Assembly (NCBI GenBank): GCA_963845515.1
Contig: CAWJSR010000057.1
Span: 128,001-192,000, forward strand
DNA length: 64,000 nt
DNA from: an uncultured delta proteobacterium
GTDB lineage: Bacteria > Myxococcota > Myxococcia > Myxococcales > Anaeromyxobacteraceae
Reading direction: 5' to 3'
The notes under the pieces were generated by a model, which saw only the letters and a list, made by a program, of their open reading frames with translations, made no database searches and was not told where the DNA came from. Below, one piece after another: positions 7,839 through 18,141 of this stretch; position 1 is the stretch's first letter, and every line of letters begins with the position of its first letter. Both the position numbers and the translations under genes were made by a program.

Positions 7839-9035
7839 ATGGCCGATGGCGGCGATGCAGCGCGCCAGCGGAGCGAGCCGGCCGAGGACGGTCAGGGCGC
7901 GAGCCGCGACGCGAAGATGAGCGATCGGATCGTCTCCGACGCACTCCAGGCGCTCCGCGTCCTGGCAGCCGAGTTGCGCGCCGACGCGCTGGAGAGCCGC
8001 GGCGCATACCTCGATCCTGCGCGCGTGCTGGAGGCGGCGAGGCGCATCGAGGCGCTGAGCACCGAGATCCTCCACGCCGTGGGGCTCACCGTGGTGGACC
8101 CCTCCGCCCCGATGACGACCGGGCGCCGACCGTTGGCGCGGCCGCGGGTCCTGGTCGTGGACGACGATCCCGATCTCCGCGACATGATGAGGATGGTCCT
8201 CGAGCCCGGCTACGAGGTCATGTCGGCCCCCGATGGCGAGGCGGCGCTCACCGTCGCGCACGCGGAGCGGCCCGACCTGATCCTGATGGACCAGTTCATG
8301 CCGCGGCTCGACGGCCTCGGCGCCCTGGAGCGGCTGCGCGCTGACCCCGTCACCGAGGACATCCCGGTCATCCTCGTCTCGGCCCGCGCCGACGAGGCGA
8401 TCCGGGTTCGCGGCCTGGACCTCGGCGCGGTCGATTTCCTCGCGAAGCCCTTCTCCGAGCAGGAGCTGCGCGCGCGGCTCGACCGGACGCTCCGGCTCGT
8501 CCGGAGCCAGTCGGTGCTGCGGGAGCTCGCGCAGACCGATCCGCTCACCGGCCTCGCCAACCTGCGTGCCTTCCGCTCACGGCTCGAGGAGGAGGTGAAG
8601 CGGGCGCGCCGCTATCGCACCTCCCTCACCTGCGTCATGGCGGACATGGACCACCTGAAGGCGATCAACGACCAGCTCGGCCACGCGGCTGGCGACCTGG
8701 CCATCGGGGCCGTGGCCCGCATCGTCGCCGACGAGCTGCGCGAGACCGACTTCGGCGCCAGGTACGGGGGCGACGAGTTCGTCCTGCTCCTCCCTCACAC
8801 GACGAGCGAGGAGGGACGGGTCTTCGCAGAGCGGCTCTGCGACCGGATGCACGGCTCGCCGCTGGAGGTCGCTGGGCGCCGGCTCCAGCTCGGCGCCTCC
8901 TTCGGCGTCGCCGAGCTGGGCGACCCGAGCCTGGAGAACGCCGGCGAGGAGCTGGTCCAGGCGGCCGACGCCGCCCTCTACGACGCAAAGCATGCGGGGC
9001 GCGGCCGCGTCGCACTGGCAGGGAAACCGGCGTAG
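7839..9035 (+). CDS. Response-regulator diguanylate cyclase (REC-GGDEF)
   Basis: VLVVDDD, PDLILMD, KPF receiver motifs; TDPLTGLAN, RETD I-site, RYGGDEF; GGAGG RBS. Confidence 0.95.
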   Translation: MADGGDAARQRSEPAEDGQGASRDAKMSDRIVSDALQALRVLAAELRADALESRGAYLDPARVLEAARRIEALSTEILHAVGLTVVDPSAPMTTGRRPLARPRVLVVDDDPDLRDMMRMVLEPGYEVMSAPDGEAALTVAHAERPDLILMDQFMPRLDGLGALERLRADPVTEDIPVILVSARADEAIRVRGLDLGAVDFLAKPFSEQELRARLDRTLRLVRSQSVLRELAQTDPLTGLANLRAFRSRLEEEVKRARRYRTSLTCVMADMDHLKAINDQLGHAAGDLAIGAVARIVADELRETDFGARYGGDEFVLLLPHTTSEEGRVFAERLCDRMHGSPLEVAGRRLQLGASFGVAELGDPSLENAGEELVQAADAALYDAKHAGRGRVALAGKPA

Positions 9036-9047
9036 ACTCCGTTCTCC

Positions 9048-10457
9048 GTGAAGCGCTCCTCCCCCGGGATCCACGAGGCCGCCGTCCTCCTCGCCATCGC
9101 CGCCGCGTGCGCGCACGCGCCACCAGGTGTCGGCGTCGCCCCCCCGGCACTGGAGCCAGCGCCCCTCCCTCGCGGCGCGACCCCGGTACCCGCGCCGCCC
9201 CTCCCCGCGGCGATCCAGACCACCGCCCGGGTCTCGCTAGCAGCGGTCGGCGACGTCCTCATGCACGACGCCGTCAAGCGCTCGGCGGCCGCTCACGGCG
9301 CGGGCGCTCCCGACGGCGGGTTCGCCTGGCTCTTCGAGCCCGTCGCGGACCTCCTCTCCCGCGCCGACGTCGCCTTCGCGAACCTGGAGACCCCCGTCGC
9401 ACCCGGGAGAGGCGGCGGGACCCGCGAATACGTGTTCAACGCGGCGCCCGACGTGGTCCGCGCGCTCCAGCGCAGCGGGGTCGACATCGTCGCCGTGGCC
9501 AACAACCACGCCTTCGACCAGGGGCGGGCCGGCTTCGAGGAGACCCTCGCCGTCCTCGACGGGCTCGGGCTTCGCCGCGTCGGCGCCGGCCCAGCCGACC
9601 GGCCCGAGGGACCGGAGCTGATCGAGGCCGGGGGGCTGAGGATCGCGTTCCTCGCGTGGGCCCACTTCTTCAACCAGGACGGCAACGAGTGCCCTCCTTC
9701 GCGCGCCGGCGCGCCGGCGTGCGTGCGCGCCGCGACGCTCGACAGGACGCGGGCGGTAGAGGCGGTCAGGGCGGCGGCGGCAGCGGCGGACGCCGTCGTG
9801 GTCTCCCTGCACTGGGGGGACGAGTACCAGCAGCAGCCCCGCGCCGAGGACGTCGCCCTGGCGCACCAGCTGGCGGAGGCGGGCGCGTCGGTGGTCATCG
9901 GACACCACCCGCACGTGCTCCAGCCGATCGAGCTCTTCAGGCGCCGCGACGGGAAGACCACGGTGATCGCCTATTCGCTGGGCAACTTCGTCTCTAACCA
10001 GTCGCGCGGCTACGTCTTCGGCGTCACGCCCGACAAGGCCGCGACGACGCGCGACGGCGCGCTCCTCGAGGTCGAGCTGGTCCGTCGGGACTTCGGGCGG
10101 GGTGTCGTCGAGGTCGAGGTGGAGGGTGCCGGTTACGTCCCGCTCTGGACCGAGAACGACACCCCAGAGATCGACGCGAAGAAGGAGCCGGGGCGGCGGC
10201 CGCGAATCCGGGTGGTCGCCGTGGAGCGGGCGCTCGCGGCCGTGCGCGCCTCCATCGCGGAGGTGCCCGACCCGGTCCCGGAGGCACGGCGCGCGGAGTT
10301 CGTCGGGCTGCGGAAGGCCGAGGCGCTCCTGGCCGCCCGCAAGGACGCGATTGGCCGGGTGCTCGGAGCAGACCTCGAGCGTCCCGTGCCGCCCGAGCTC
10401 CTCGCGCCGGCGGATAGAGCCGCTACGCCTCCCGCGGCCCCTCCCCCGCCGCCGTGA
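9048..10457 (+). CDS. CapA-family metallophosphoesterase lipoprotein
   Basis: AVGDVLMH, NLETP, ANNHAFDQG, SLHWGDEY, GHHPHVLQ, YSLGNF; lipobox-like IAAAC. Confidence 0.9.
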   Translation: MKRSSPGIHEAAVLLAIAAACAHAPPGVGVAPPALEPAPLPRGATPVPAPPLPAAIQTTARVSLAAVGDVLMHDAVKRSAAAHGAGAPDGGFAWLFEPVADLLSRADVAFANLETPVAPGRGGGTREYVFNAAPDVVRALQRSGVDIVAVANNHAFDQGRAGFEETLAVLDGLGLRRVGAGPADRPEGPELIEAGGLRIAFLAWAHFFNQDGNECPPSRAGAPACVRAATLDRTRAVEAVRAAAAAADAVVVSLHWGDEYQQQPRAEDVALAHQLAEAGASVVIGHHPHVLQPIELFRRRDGKTTVIAYSLGNFVSNQSRGYVFGVTPDKAATTRDGALLEVELVRRDFGRGVVEVEVEGAGYVPLWTENDTPEIDAKKEPGRRPRIRVVAVERALAAVRASIAEVPDPVPEARRAEFVGLRKAEALLAARKDAIGRVLGADLERPVPPELLAPADRAATPPAAPPPPP

Positions 10458-10929
10458 TCGGGCGCGCGTGGCCGGTGTCGGTGGGCTGCAGGTCGGGGCG
10501 CGCCGGGACCTGGAGCTCCACGAGCTCGATGCCGAGCCGCTGCGCGTACTCGAAGATCCGCTCGTCCCGGTAGAACTCGCCGAAGACGATCCGGCGCGCC
10601 CCCGAGTTCGCGATCAGCTTGAAGCAGGGCCAGCAGGGCGACGCCGTCGTGTAGATGGTGGCCCCCTCGATCGCCACGCCGTTCTTCGCCGCCTGGATGA
10701 TCGCGTTCGCCTCGGCGTGGACCGTCGCGACGCAGTGGCCGTCCTCCATCATGTGCCCGACCTCGCTGCAGTGGGGCAGCCCGCGGATCGAGCCGTTGTA
10801 GCCGGTCGAGAGGATTGTCTTGTCCTTGACCAGCACGGCGCCGACGTGTTTCCGGTCGCACGTCGCGCGGGTGGCGACCACGCGCGCGATGTTCATGAAG
10901 TACTCGTCCCAGCTGACGCGGGTGTCCAT
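10423..10929 (-). CDS. dCMP deaminase / ComEB family
   Basis: SWDEYFM, TGYNG, VHAEANAI, SPCWPC; GGAG RBS. Confidence 0.92.
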   Translation of the reverse strand: MDTRVSWDEYFMNIARVVATRATCDRKHVGAVLVKDKTILSTGYNGSIRGLPHCSEVGHMMEDGHCVATVHAEANAIIQAAKNGVAIEGATIYTTASPCWPCFKLIANSGARRIVFGEFYRDERIFEYAQRLGIELVELQVPARPDLQPTDTGHARPITAAGEGPREA

Positions 10930-11022
10930 GTGCTCTCCAGCCCAGGCGCTTCGGCGCGCGAGCGCCACATGGTACCCGAACTCCGTTGCCACACGACCGG
11001 CGGCTGGTAGGATCCCCGCCGC

Positions 11023-11421
11023 ATGATGCTCGCAGCTCCAGCCATCCTCGTCGTCGCGCTCGCTGCGAGCGCCGCTCCCCCGCCTGCCCAGCCGGCGCAG
11101 CCCACGGAGAAGCCAGCGCCGCCCAGGCCCCTGGCGCGCCCGGGCGGCCGCCCGCTCGTCGCCCCCACGGCGTCGCTGCCGTCGGTCGAGGGCGAGCTCG
11201 AGGGGGTCGATCACAGCGCGCACCAGCTCCGCCTGCGGAGCGCAGGCGGCACCCAGCTCCTCTCCTTCGACCGCAACACCGTCGTGCGCGGCCCTTCCGG
11301 CGCCATCACCCCGGTCGAGCTCGCCGCTGGGATGCGGGTCAGGGTCGGGCTGGACGGAGCGCAGCGCGCGGCGTGGGTGGAGCTGAAGCCGCCGGCCCCC
11401 ACGCCGAGCCGCACGCCGTAG
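11023..11421 (+). CDS. Hypothetical secreted protein (OB-fold-like)
   Basis: Signal peptide, Pro-rich linker, beta domain VEGELEGVD..LAAGMRVRV. Confidence 0.6.
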   Translation: MMLAAPAILVVALAASAAPPPAQPAQPTEKPAPPRPLARPGGRPLVAPTASLPSVEGELEGVDHSAHQLRLRSAGGTQLLSFDRNTVVRGPSGAITPVELAAGMRVRVGLDGAQRAAWVELKPPAPTPSRTP

Positions 11422-11436
11422 TACCCTGTCCCGCGC

Positions 11437-12969
11437 ATGGAGAGGCCCCCCACCGACACGATCATCGGGATCGACCTGGGCACGACCAACTCGTGCGCCG
11501 CCGTCGCCTCCGCCAACGGGCAGGTCAGGCTCATCCCGTACAAGGGAGGCGACCACACCGTCCCCTCGATCTTCGCGATCGACGACAAGGGGAACGAGCT
11601 CATCGGCCACGAGGCGAAGCGCCAGTGGCAGCTCAACCCCCGCAACACGCTCTACGCGACCAAGCGGCTGATCGGGCGCGCCCCGAAGGACGAGGTGGTC
11701 GAGACCGTCCTCCGCACCGTCCAGTACCAGGTGCACGACGGCGGCGCGAACGACATGTCGGTCGACTGCCACGGCCGCTCCTTCCACGTCCACGAGATCT
11801 CCTCCAAGATCCTCGCGAAGATCCGGGAGGTCGCCTCGGAGCACCTGGGGTTCCAGGTGAGCCGCGCCGTGGTGACGGTCCCCGCCTACTTCAACGATCG
11901 TCAGCGCCAGGCCGTGAAGGAGGCGGGCGCGCTCGCCGACCTCGACGTCGTCCGGATCATCAACGAGCCGACCGCCGCGGCGCTCGCCTACGGCGTCGGC
12001 AAGAAGATCGACGAGCGGATCCTCGTCTACGACCTCGGCGGCGGGACCTTCGACGTCTCGATCATCGACATCCGCGACCGCGTCTTCGAGGTCAAGGCGA
12101 CCGGCGGCGACATGTTCCTGGGCGGGATCGACTTCGACAACGCGATGATCCGCCACGTCCTCGACGACTTCAGGGCGAAGCACGGCGTCGACCTCTCGAC
12201 GGATCCCGTGGCGATGCAGCGGATCAAGGACCTCGCAGAGCGGACCAAGATCGACCTCTCGGCGCGCGGTGAGGCCTCCTTCTCGATCCCGTTCATCACG
12301 ATGACGCCGCAGGGGCAGCCGCTCAACGTCGACGTGAAGTTCGACCGGGCGCTGCTGGAGCGGCTCACCGGAGACCTGCTCGACCGCACCATCCTGATCA
12401 TGGGACAGGTGATGGCCGACGCGGGGGTTGGACCCCAGGAAGTCACCCAGATCCTCCTGGTCGGCGGCCAGACGCGGATGCCTGCGATCCAGGAGCGGCT
12501 GACGCAGTTCTTCGGCAAGCCGCCGTCGAAGGGTGTCCACCCGGACGAGGCGGTCGCCATCGGCGCCGCGCTCTACGGCTGGTCGCTGCAGGAGTCCAGC
12601 GATCTGAAGCTCACGCTGCTCGACGTCATCCCCATGGCGATCGGGATCGAGGGAGCCGGCGGGGTGATGCACGTCGTCTTCCCGCGAAACGCGCCGATCC
12701 CGAACGCCCGCTCCGTCGCCGCCACCAACTCCGTGAACGGCCAGACCGAGCTGGTCGTCCGCATCTACCAGGGCGACGACCCGAGCGCGCGCGCCAACGA
12801 GCTCCTGGGCGAGTTCACCTTCAGCGGCGTGCGCCCTCTCCCCGTGGGCGCCGCCCGGCTCGAGATCCACTTCGAGGTGAGCGTCGATGGGATCCTGTCG
12901 GTGTCCTCGCGCGACCTCGACACCGGGCGGGAGATGAAGACCACGGTCAAGGTGGCTGCCTCGAGCTGA
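11437..12969 (+). CDS. Hsp70-family protein (short, lid-less DnaK paralog)
   Basis: GIDLGTTNS, VTVPAYFND, NEPTAAALAYG, DLGGGTFD, VGGQTRMP, PDEAVAIGAA. Confidence 0.95.
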   Translation: MERPPTDTIIGIDLGTTNSCAAVASANGQVRLIPYKGGDHTVPSIFAIDDKGNELIGHEAKRQWQLNPRNTLYATKRLIGRAPKDEVVETVLRTVQYQVHDGGANDMSVDCHGRSFHVHEISSKILAKIREVASEHLGFQVSRAVVTVPAYFNDRQRQAVKEAGALADLDVVRIINEPTAAALAYGVGKKIDERILVYDLGGGTFDVSIIDIRDRVFEVKATGGDMFLGGIDFDNAMIRHVLDDFRAKHGVDLSTDPVAMQRIKDLAERTKIDLSARGEASFSIPFITMTPQGQPLNVDVKFDRALLERLTGDLLDRTILIMGQVMADAGVGPQEVTQILLVGGQTRMPAIQERLTQFFGKPPSKGVHPDEAVAIGAALYGWSLQESSDLKLTLLDVIPMAIGIEGAGGVMHVVFPRNAPIPNARSVAATNSVNGQTELVVRIYQGDDPSARANELLGEFTFSGVRPLPVGAARLEIHFEVSVDGILSVSSRDLDTGREMKTTVKVAASS

Positions 12970-12977
12970 CCGGCCGC

Positions 12978-13904
12978 TCAGCGGCCGCGATCGCGATCGC
13001 GCCCTCCGCCGCCACCCGAGCGCCCCCGCTCGCCGCCGCGCACCGGCGGTGGCGAAGCCGGCCGCTGCTGCTCGCGGCCTGGCGCCGGCCGAAGCTCCGG
13101 ACGCCCTGCCGGCGACTCACGGGAGGGCATGGCCGGGCGCGGCGCGACACTGTCCGGCGCCCTCTCGCGCTCCGTTCGCCATGCGGGACCCGCCGAGGGG
13201 GCCGGGCGCGAGGCGGTGATCGGGCGCCCCACCCGCTCCTCGATGGCGCGCCGCGATGGACCGCCCCAGGCCGGCGGCGCCGCGACGACGCTCTCCCTCG
13301 ATCTAGTCGTGGTGCGGGGAGGGGCCGGCCTCGTCGCGTTGTACCAGCGGCTGGTGTCGCGCGGCCGGTAGGCGACCGTGTACACGGGGACACCGACGAA
13401 GCGGACGGAGGGGACGAAGGTCCACCAGAAGTCGACGAACGGGTAGCTCGTGACGAAGACCGAGACCCCTGGAGCGAGCGGCGCCCATCCGACGGCGTCG
13501 ATCCCGAACCGCCAGGTCACCCAGGCCGGCGCCCACTGGTAGCCCGGGACCCAGACCCAGCCCCAGGCCGAGTCGTAGACCCAGCGCCCGTAGTGGTAGA
13601 CGGCCCAGGCGAAGGGCTCGTCCGAGTTCCAGTACCAGCCCTCGTCGGTCCAGAGCCAGCTGCCGAAGTAGTACGGCCGCCAGCCCACCGCGACCCTCGG
13701 GCGCCATACGTCGCCGTAGCGCGGCGAGGTGTACCAGTCACCGTGGGAGCCGAGGGTCGTCCGGAAGAGCTCGGGCGTGACGCCGGGCGTCGATCCCTCC
13801 AGGTCGACCGAGACCTCGCCGTTTGGGGGCTCGGCGAGCGCTTCCACCGGTCCGGTGATCAGGGTGACGACGACGGCGAGCCCGGCGAGATGGGTGCTGG
13901 TCAT
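12978..13904 (-). CDS. Secreted Trp-rich protein (DUF6600-like)
   Basis: Signal peptide; WRPY..GSWLWTDEGWYW.SDEPFAWAVYHYGRW..WVWVPGYQWAPAWV. Confidence 0.75.
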   Translation of the reverse strand: MTSTHLAGLAVVVTLITGPVEALAEPPNGEVSVDLEGSTPGVTPELFRTTLGSHGDWYTSPRYGDVWRPRVAVGWRPYYFGSWLWTDEGWYWNSDEPFAWAVYHYGRWVYDSAWGWVWVPGYQWAPAWVTWRFGIDAVGWAPLAPGVSVFVTSYPFVDFWWTFVPSVRFVGVPVYTVAYRPRDTSRWYNATRPAPPRTTTRSRESVVAAPPAWGGPSRRAIEERVGRPITASRPAPSAGPAWRTERERAPDSVAPRPAMPSRESPAGRPELRPAPGREQQRPASPPPVRGGERGRSGGGGGRDRDRGR

Positions 13905-13929
13905 GGCAGCGCCTCCAACCCCTGGAAAA

Positions 13930-13944
13930 GCAAGGCCGGTGCCA
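13930..13944 (-). promoter_or_regulatory. Sigma-54 promoter of the DUF6600-like gene
   Basis: TGGCAC-CGGCC-TTGC, exact -24/-12 consensus, ~25 nt before ATG with GGAGG RBS. Confidence 0.75.
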
Positions 13945-14038
13945 CGCAAACCCGCCGCGATTCCAGGACGTTGGACGGGGCCGCAGGTGTGCGATCCGTC
14001 ACACTGTTGCGCCGGAGACCCGCATCCGGCACGCGGCC

Positions 14039-15328
14039 TCAGGCGAGCTTCTTCTCCTTCTCGAAGGAGAGCAGCGGCGGCTCACGCCCGCGGATCACCC
14101 CTTCGGTGATCACGCACTCCTTGACCCCTTCGCGGAAGGGGACGTCGTACATGATGTCCAGCATCGCCTGCTCCAGGATGGCGCGCAGGCCGCGCGCGCC
14201 CGACTTCCTGCGCATCGCCTCGGTCGCTGCAGAACGGAGCGCGTCCGGCGTGAAGGACAGCTTCACGTGCTCGAGCTCGAAGAGCTTCTGGTACTGCTTC
14301 ACGAGGGCGTTCTTCGGCTGCGTGAGGATGGTGACGAGGTCGCTCTCGGTGAGATCCGTCAGCGTCGCCACGATCGGCATGCGCCCCACGAACTCCGGGA
14401 TCATCCCGTACTTCGTCAGATCTTCGGGCTCCACCTGCGCCAGCGTCTCACCGAGCGTGACCTCTTCCTTGCGCTCGATGTGGGCCCCGAACCCGAGCCC
14501 CTTCACGCCGACGCGCCGCCGGATCACCTGCTCGAGGCCGCAGAACGCGCCGCCGCAGACGAAGAGGACGTTGGAGGTGTCGACCTGGATGAACTCCTGC
14601 TGGTTGTACTTCTTACCGCCGCGAGGGGTGACGTTCGCGCGCGTCCCCTCGACGATCTTGAGGAGCGCCTGCTGGACCCCCTCGCCGCCGACGTCGCGCG
14701 TCGGCGAGGGCGAGTCGCCCTTGCGGGCGACCTTGTCGATCTCGTCGATGTAGACGATCCCGCGCGAGGCCTTCTCGACGTCGTAGTCCGCGTTGTGGAG
14801 CAGGTTCTGGATGATGTTCTCGACGTCCTCGCCCACGTAGCCGGCCTCTGTGAGCGTCGTGGCGTCGGCGATCGTGAACGGGACGTTGAGCAGCCTCGCG
14901 AGCGACTGGGCGAGGAGCGTCTTGCCCGAGCCGGTCGGTCCGATCAGCAGGATGTTGGACTTCTGCAGCTCGACGTCCTCGGCCCCTCCAGGGGCGCGGC
15001 CGTGGCCGCTACGCGCGGCGCGAACCGGCTTTCGGGAGTAGACCCGCTTGTAGTGGTTGTAGACCGCGACCGAGAGGACCTTCTTGGCCGCGTCCTGACC
15101 GATGACGTAGTCGTCGAGGAACGCCTTGATCTCGCTCGGGGTCGGCAGCGAGACCGGCGGCCGTGCGTCCTGGCGCTCGACCTCATCGGCGATGATGTCG
15201 TTGCAGAGCCGGATGCACTCGTCGCAGATGTAGACGGTGGGCCCGGCGATCAGCTTGCGGACGTCGCGCTGGCCCTTGCCGCAGAAGGAGCACTGCAGGT
15301 TGCCGTGGGTGTGTTCTCTCCGGCTCAC
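14039..15328 (-). CDS. clpX: ATP-dependent Clp protease ATP-binding subunit ClpX
   Basis: CSFCGK..ICDEC zinc finger, [26 protein letters not shown] loop, GARGLR; no adjacent clpP. Confidence 0.97.
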   Translation of the reverse strand: MSRREHTHGNLQCSFCGKGQRDVRKLIAGPTVYICDECIRLCNDIIADEVERQDARPPVSLPTPSEIKAFLDDYVIGQDAAKKVLSVAVYNHYKRVYSRKPVRAARSGHGRAPGGAEDVELQKSNILLIGPTGSGKTLLAQSLARLLNVPFTIADATTLTEAGYVGEDVENIIQNLLHNADYDVEKASRGIVYIDEIDKVARKGDSPSPTRDVGGEGVQQALLKIVEGTRANVTPRGGKKYNQQEFIQVDTSNVLFVCGGAFCGLEQVIRRRVGVKGLGFGAHIERKEEVTLGETLAQVEPEDLTKYGMIPEFVGRMPIVATLTDLTESDLVTILTQPKNALVKQYQKLFELEHVKLSFTPDALRSAATEAMRRKSGARGLRAILEQAMLDIMYDVPFREGVKECVITEGVIRGREPPLLSFEKEKKLA

Positions 15329-15398
15329 GCTCTACCTCTCCGCAAGACTCTAGCATCAATGTAGCGCGCCCCGAAGGCTCCGCCCGTGAACAGGGGGC

Positions 15399-16019
15399 TC
15401 ACCCCTCCCCTTCCGACAGGGCCGCGAGCGCACCCGCGACGGCGGCCGCTCGCTCGGCGAGGGCGGGAGGCACCCCCCGCTCGGCGCGGCAGGCCTCGGC
15501 GAGCCTGCTCGCCGCCGCCGCCAACCTCGCCAGCCGTTCGCCGCGCGGCGGCGCGGGTGCTGCGGGCGGCTTCCCGTACTTCTCGGTGAGGCGGCGATTG
15601 ACCACGGCGGGGGTCGGCGAGCGCTCGAGGACCTCCTCCCTCAACTCCTGCCAGCCCGACTCCGAGAGCCTGCCGGAGGCCTCCGCGCGCGACAGGACCT
15701 CGATCACCTCGAATGGGGGAGCGCGTGGCTCACCGCGTGACCGCGCGAGCGCCGGCTCGTGGCGATCGAGGAAGCCGTAGCTGGCGAGGAGCTTCTCGGC
15801 GGTCAGCTTCCTGATGAAGAGCTCGCTCGTGCAGTACCGCTCGAAGCTGGCGTGGCCCCACTCGCGCCAGGACTCGTCGCGCTTGACCTGGACGAGCAGC
15901 CGCGCGAGCTCGACCCACGACGCCTTGTAGCGGCGCGCCGCCTCGAGGATCCGTCGCCGCGGGGAGCCGTCCGGCAGCTCCTCGATGCGGCTCGCGATCC
16001 GCTCGGCGGTCGAGGTCAT
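15399..16019 (-). CDS. Hypothetical helical protein
   Basis: ATGA overlap with the upstream gene; YKASWVELARLL..WREWGHASFERYC. Confidence 0.75.
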   Translation of the reverse strand: MTSTAERIASRIEELPDGSPRRRILEAARRYKASWVELARLLVQVKRDESWREWGHASFERYCTSELFIRKLTAEKLLASYGFLDRHEPALARSRGEPRAPPFEVIEVLSRAEASGRLSESGWQELREEVLERSPTPAVVNRRLTEKYGKPPAAPAPPRGERLARLAAAASRLAEACRAERGVPPALAERAAAVAGALAALSEGEG

Positions 16020-16861
16020 CGGCCGATCCCGAAAGTCAGCGCGATCGTCGGGCGCTGGCCGGGGAACGAGTCGAACTTCCAGGCGCCCAGCTTCCGTGTG
16101 AGGCAGTCCTTGAGCGGGCCGCTCTTGAAGCGCGGCTCGTCGATCCAGAGCTGGGCCACCCGCCCGTCGTTGCCGACGGCGAACTCGAGCGGGATGTTGC
16201 CAGAGAACTCGGGAGATCTGGCGGCCTCGGCGCGGAAGCACTCGGCCAGCGTCCGCTGCTCGCGCGCGACGACCGCCTGGATCCTGGCCGGGTCGTACTG
16301 GGTGGCGACGAGGTCGCCTCCCTCCGCGACCGCGCGCCCGGAGCCCGCGGGCCCTCCCGCTCCCCGCCCCGCAGCGGCGGCACCGGAGCCGAGCTGCTCG
16401 ATGTCGACCGCGATCTCGTCGTCCTGCCGGTGGCCGGTCCCGACGGTGGCCGCGACCGAGATCCGGATGCCGCTCCCGAAGTCCTCCAGCAGCGGGTTCT
16501 TCTGGGCCGACCTGGCGGCGAAGTACCAGGCCGCGTACCCGCCCGCCCCCATGGCGGTCGCGAGCACCACGACCACGGCGACCAGCCCCCGCTTCTTCCG
16601 GCGCTGGCGGAGGAGACGGGCGCCCGTCACCTCCTCCTGGACCCGGAGGGCGGCCTCGGCCCTCCGCGCGTGGATCATGAAGATCGGGACGTCGGCGACT
16701 GTCGTCCAGGTGCCGTCGCCCTGTGAGACCGGTGTGTCGGCGTTCAGCTCTCCTGCGTAGAGCATCTTCGCAAGCCTGCTCGAAGGGATGGGACCGAAGA
16801 CCTTGCCGGTCCTCTTGAAGAGCCACTCTCCGCTCTCCAGAGCGGGATCGTCGATGTGCAT
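16016..16861 (-). CDS. GYF_2 + TM + TonB-C-like (AgmX/PglI-type) protein
   Basis: WLFKRTGKVFGP..LNADTPV..W GYF_2-like; TM; C-terminal IQAVV..LAECF..FAVGNDGRV..CL..W.F. Confidence 0.8.
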   Translation of the reverse strand: MHIDDPALESGEWLFKRTGKVFGPIPSSRLAKMLYAGELNADTPVSQGDGTWTTVADVPIFMIHARRAEAALRVQEEVTGARLLRQRRKKRGLVAVVVVLATAMGAGGYAAWYFAARSAQKNPLLEDFGSGIRISVAATVGTGHRQDDEIAVDIEQLGSGAAAAGRGAGGPAGSGRAVAEGGDLVATQYDPARIQAVVAREQRTLAECFRAEAARSPEFSGNIPLEFAVGNDGRVAQLWIDEPRFKSGPLKDCLTRKLGAWKFDSFPGQRPTIALTFGIGR

Positions 16862-16930
16862 GGGGGGTGGGTTCTCGGCGCGTGAGAGGCACGCTGGGCG
16901 TGCCATCGAGGTATGGTCACGCTAGCAGAC

Positions 16931-17734
16931 ATGCCGAAGCGCCGCTATGCCATCCGGCTCGCCTACGAAGGCGGCCCGTTCAGAGGATTCCAGCGGCAGG
17001 CTGCCCTTCCCACGGTCCAGGAGGCGCTGCAGGGAGCCCTCCTGGCGTGCGGGATCGACGCCCCGATGGCGGTCGCAGCCCGGACCGACGCGGGAGTGCA
17101 TGCGCTGGCGCAGGTGGTGAGCTTCTCCACCGGGGCAGAGATCGACCCACCTGCGCTGCGGAGGGACCTCAACCGGGCACTTCCTACCGGGATCCTCTGC
17201 CTCGAGGTGCGGCAGGTGCCACGCGCCTTCCACGCGCGCGCCAGCGCGTCGTCGCGCCGGTACGTCTACCTGGTCGGCGCGCCGCCGCCGCCGGGGCTCG
17301 CCCCGTACGCGTGGACCCTCCCGGATCCGCGTGCGTTCCCAGGGCTGGGTCCTCGCCCGCTCGACACGGCTACCATGCAGGAGGCGCTCTCCCTCGCGCT
17401 CGGGAGCCACGACTTCGTCGGCTTCTCGCGCCCCGGGGCGCAGCGGAACACCGTGCGGGAGCTGCTTCGCGCGGAGGTCGTCGTCTGCACGGCGGAGCCC
17501 GTCGCGGCGATCGTCATGGAGGGAACGGGGTTCCTCCGCGCGATGGTCCGCAACCTCGTCGGCACGGCAGTGGCAGTCGGGCTCGGGCTCGCCCCTGCCG
17601 CCATCGTCGCCGAGATCCTCGGCGGCCGTGGCCGCTACCGCGGCGTTCGCGCCCCGGGCTGGGGGCTTACGCTCGCGGCTGTGGAATACCCGCCAGCCCT
17701 GTGGCCACCGGAACCGCGACGCGAACCAACCTGA
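16931..17734 (+). CDS. truA: tRNA pseudouridine(38-40) synthase
   Basis: YEG..F.GFQRQ, RTDAGVHA, FHAR, GSHDF, FLRAMVRNLVG, AP..GLTL. Confidence 0.92.
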   Translation: MPKRRYAIRLAYEGGPFRGFQRQAALPTVQEALQGALLACGIDAPMAVAARTDAGVHALAQVVSFSTGAEIDPPALRRDLNRALPTGILCLEVRQVPRAFHARASASSRRYVYLVGAPPPPGLAPYAWTLPDPRAFPGLGPRPLDTATMQEALSLALGSHDFVGFSRPGAQRNTVRELLRAEVVVCTAEPVAAIVMEGTGFLRAMVRNLVGTAVAVGLGLAPAAIVAEILGGRGRYRGVRAPGWGLTLAAVEYPPALWPPEPRREPT

Positions 17735-17851
17735 TCCGCGCGAGCGCTCCCACGGGCCGCGGGGGCGAACCGCCCACGCGACCGACCGCCGGGAGCCGGA
17801 GCGGGTCCGGGCGTACCGGAGCCGCTCCAGGCTGGACCCGAAGGGCTGGGG

Positions 17852-18064
17852 TCAATTCGCGCTCTCCTCGTCCAGGATCGGCAGCGCGCCGTACTTCGCC
17901 AGCAGGTCGGCGACGGCCTCACGGAGGTAGTCCGACTGCCGAACCCGCGTCTTGCGCGCGAGGTTGCGGAGCTCATTGGCGAGCTGGGGGGGGAGCCGAA
18001 CGAGCATGGGCTCCAGGCGGGTTGCGGGGAAGGCAGGGGATTCCGAGTCGATGTAGGTGCTCAT
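17852..18064 (-). CDS. Ribbon-helix-helix protein
   Basis: MLVRLPPQLANELRNLARKTRVRQSDYLREAVADLLAKY; AGGAG RBS. Confidence 0.85.
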   Translation of the reverse strand: MSTYIDSESPAFPATRLEPMLVRLPPQLANELRNLARKTRVRQSDYLREAVADLLAKYGALPILDEESAN

Positions 18065-18100
18065 GTGCTCTCCTGTAAGTATTGAAGGATGAACACCTAC

Positions 18101-18129
18101 ACGCTACCACCCGATAGCCAAACCCGCAA
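18101..18129 (-). promoter_or_regulatory. Sigma-70-type promoter of the RHH gene
   Basis: TTGCGG-N17-TAGCGT with extended TG, preceded by a T-tract. Confidence 0.55.
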
Positions 18130-18141
18130 AAAAAAAGCTTC

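Noticed and set aside
17735..17850. ncRNA between truA and the RHH gene
   Set aside because: GC-rich hairpins between convergent genes are explained by termination; no promoter or known motif.
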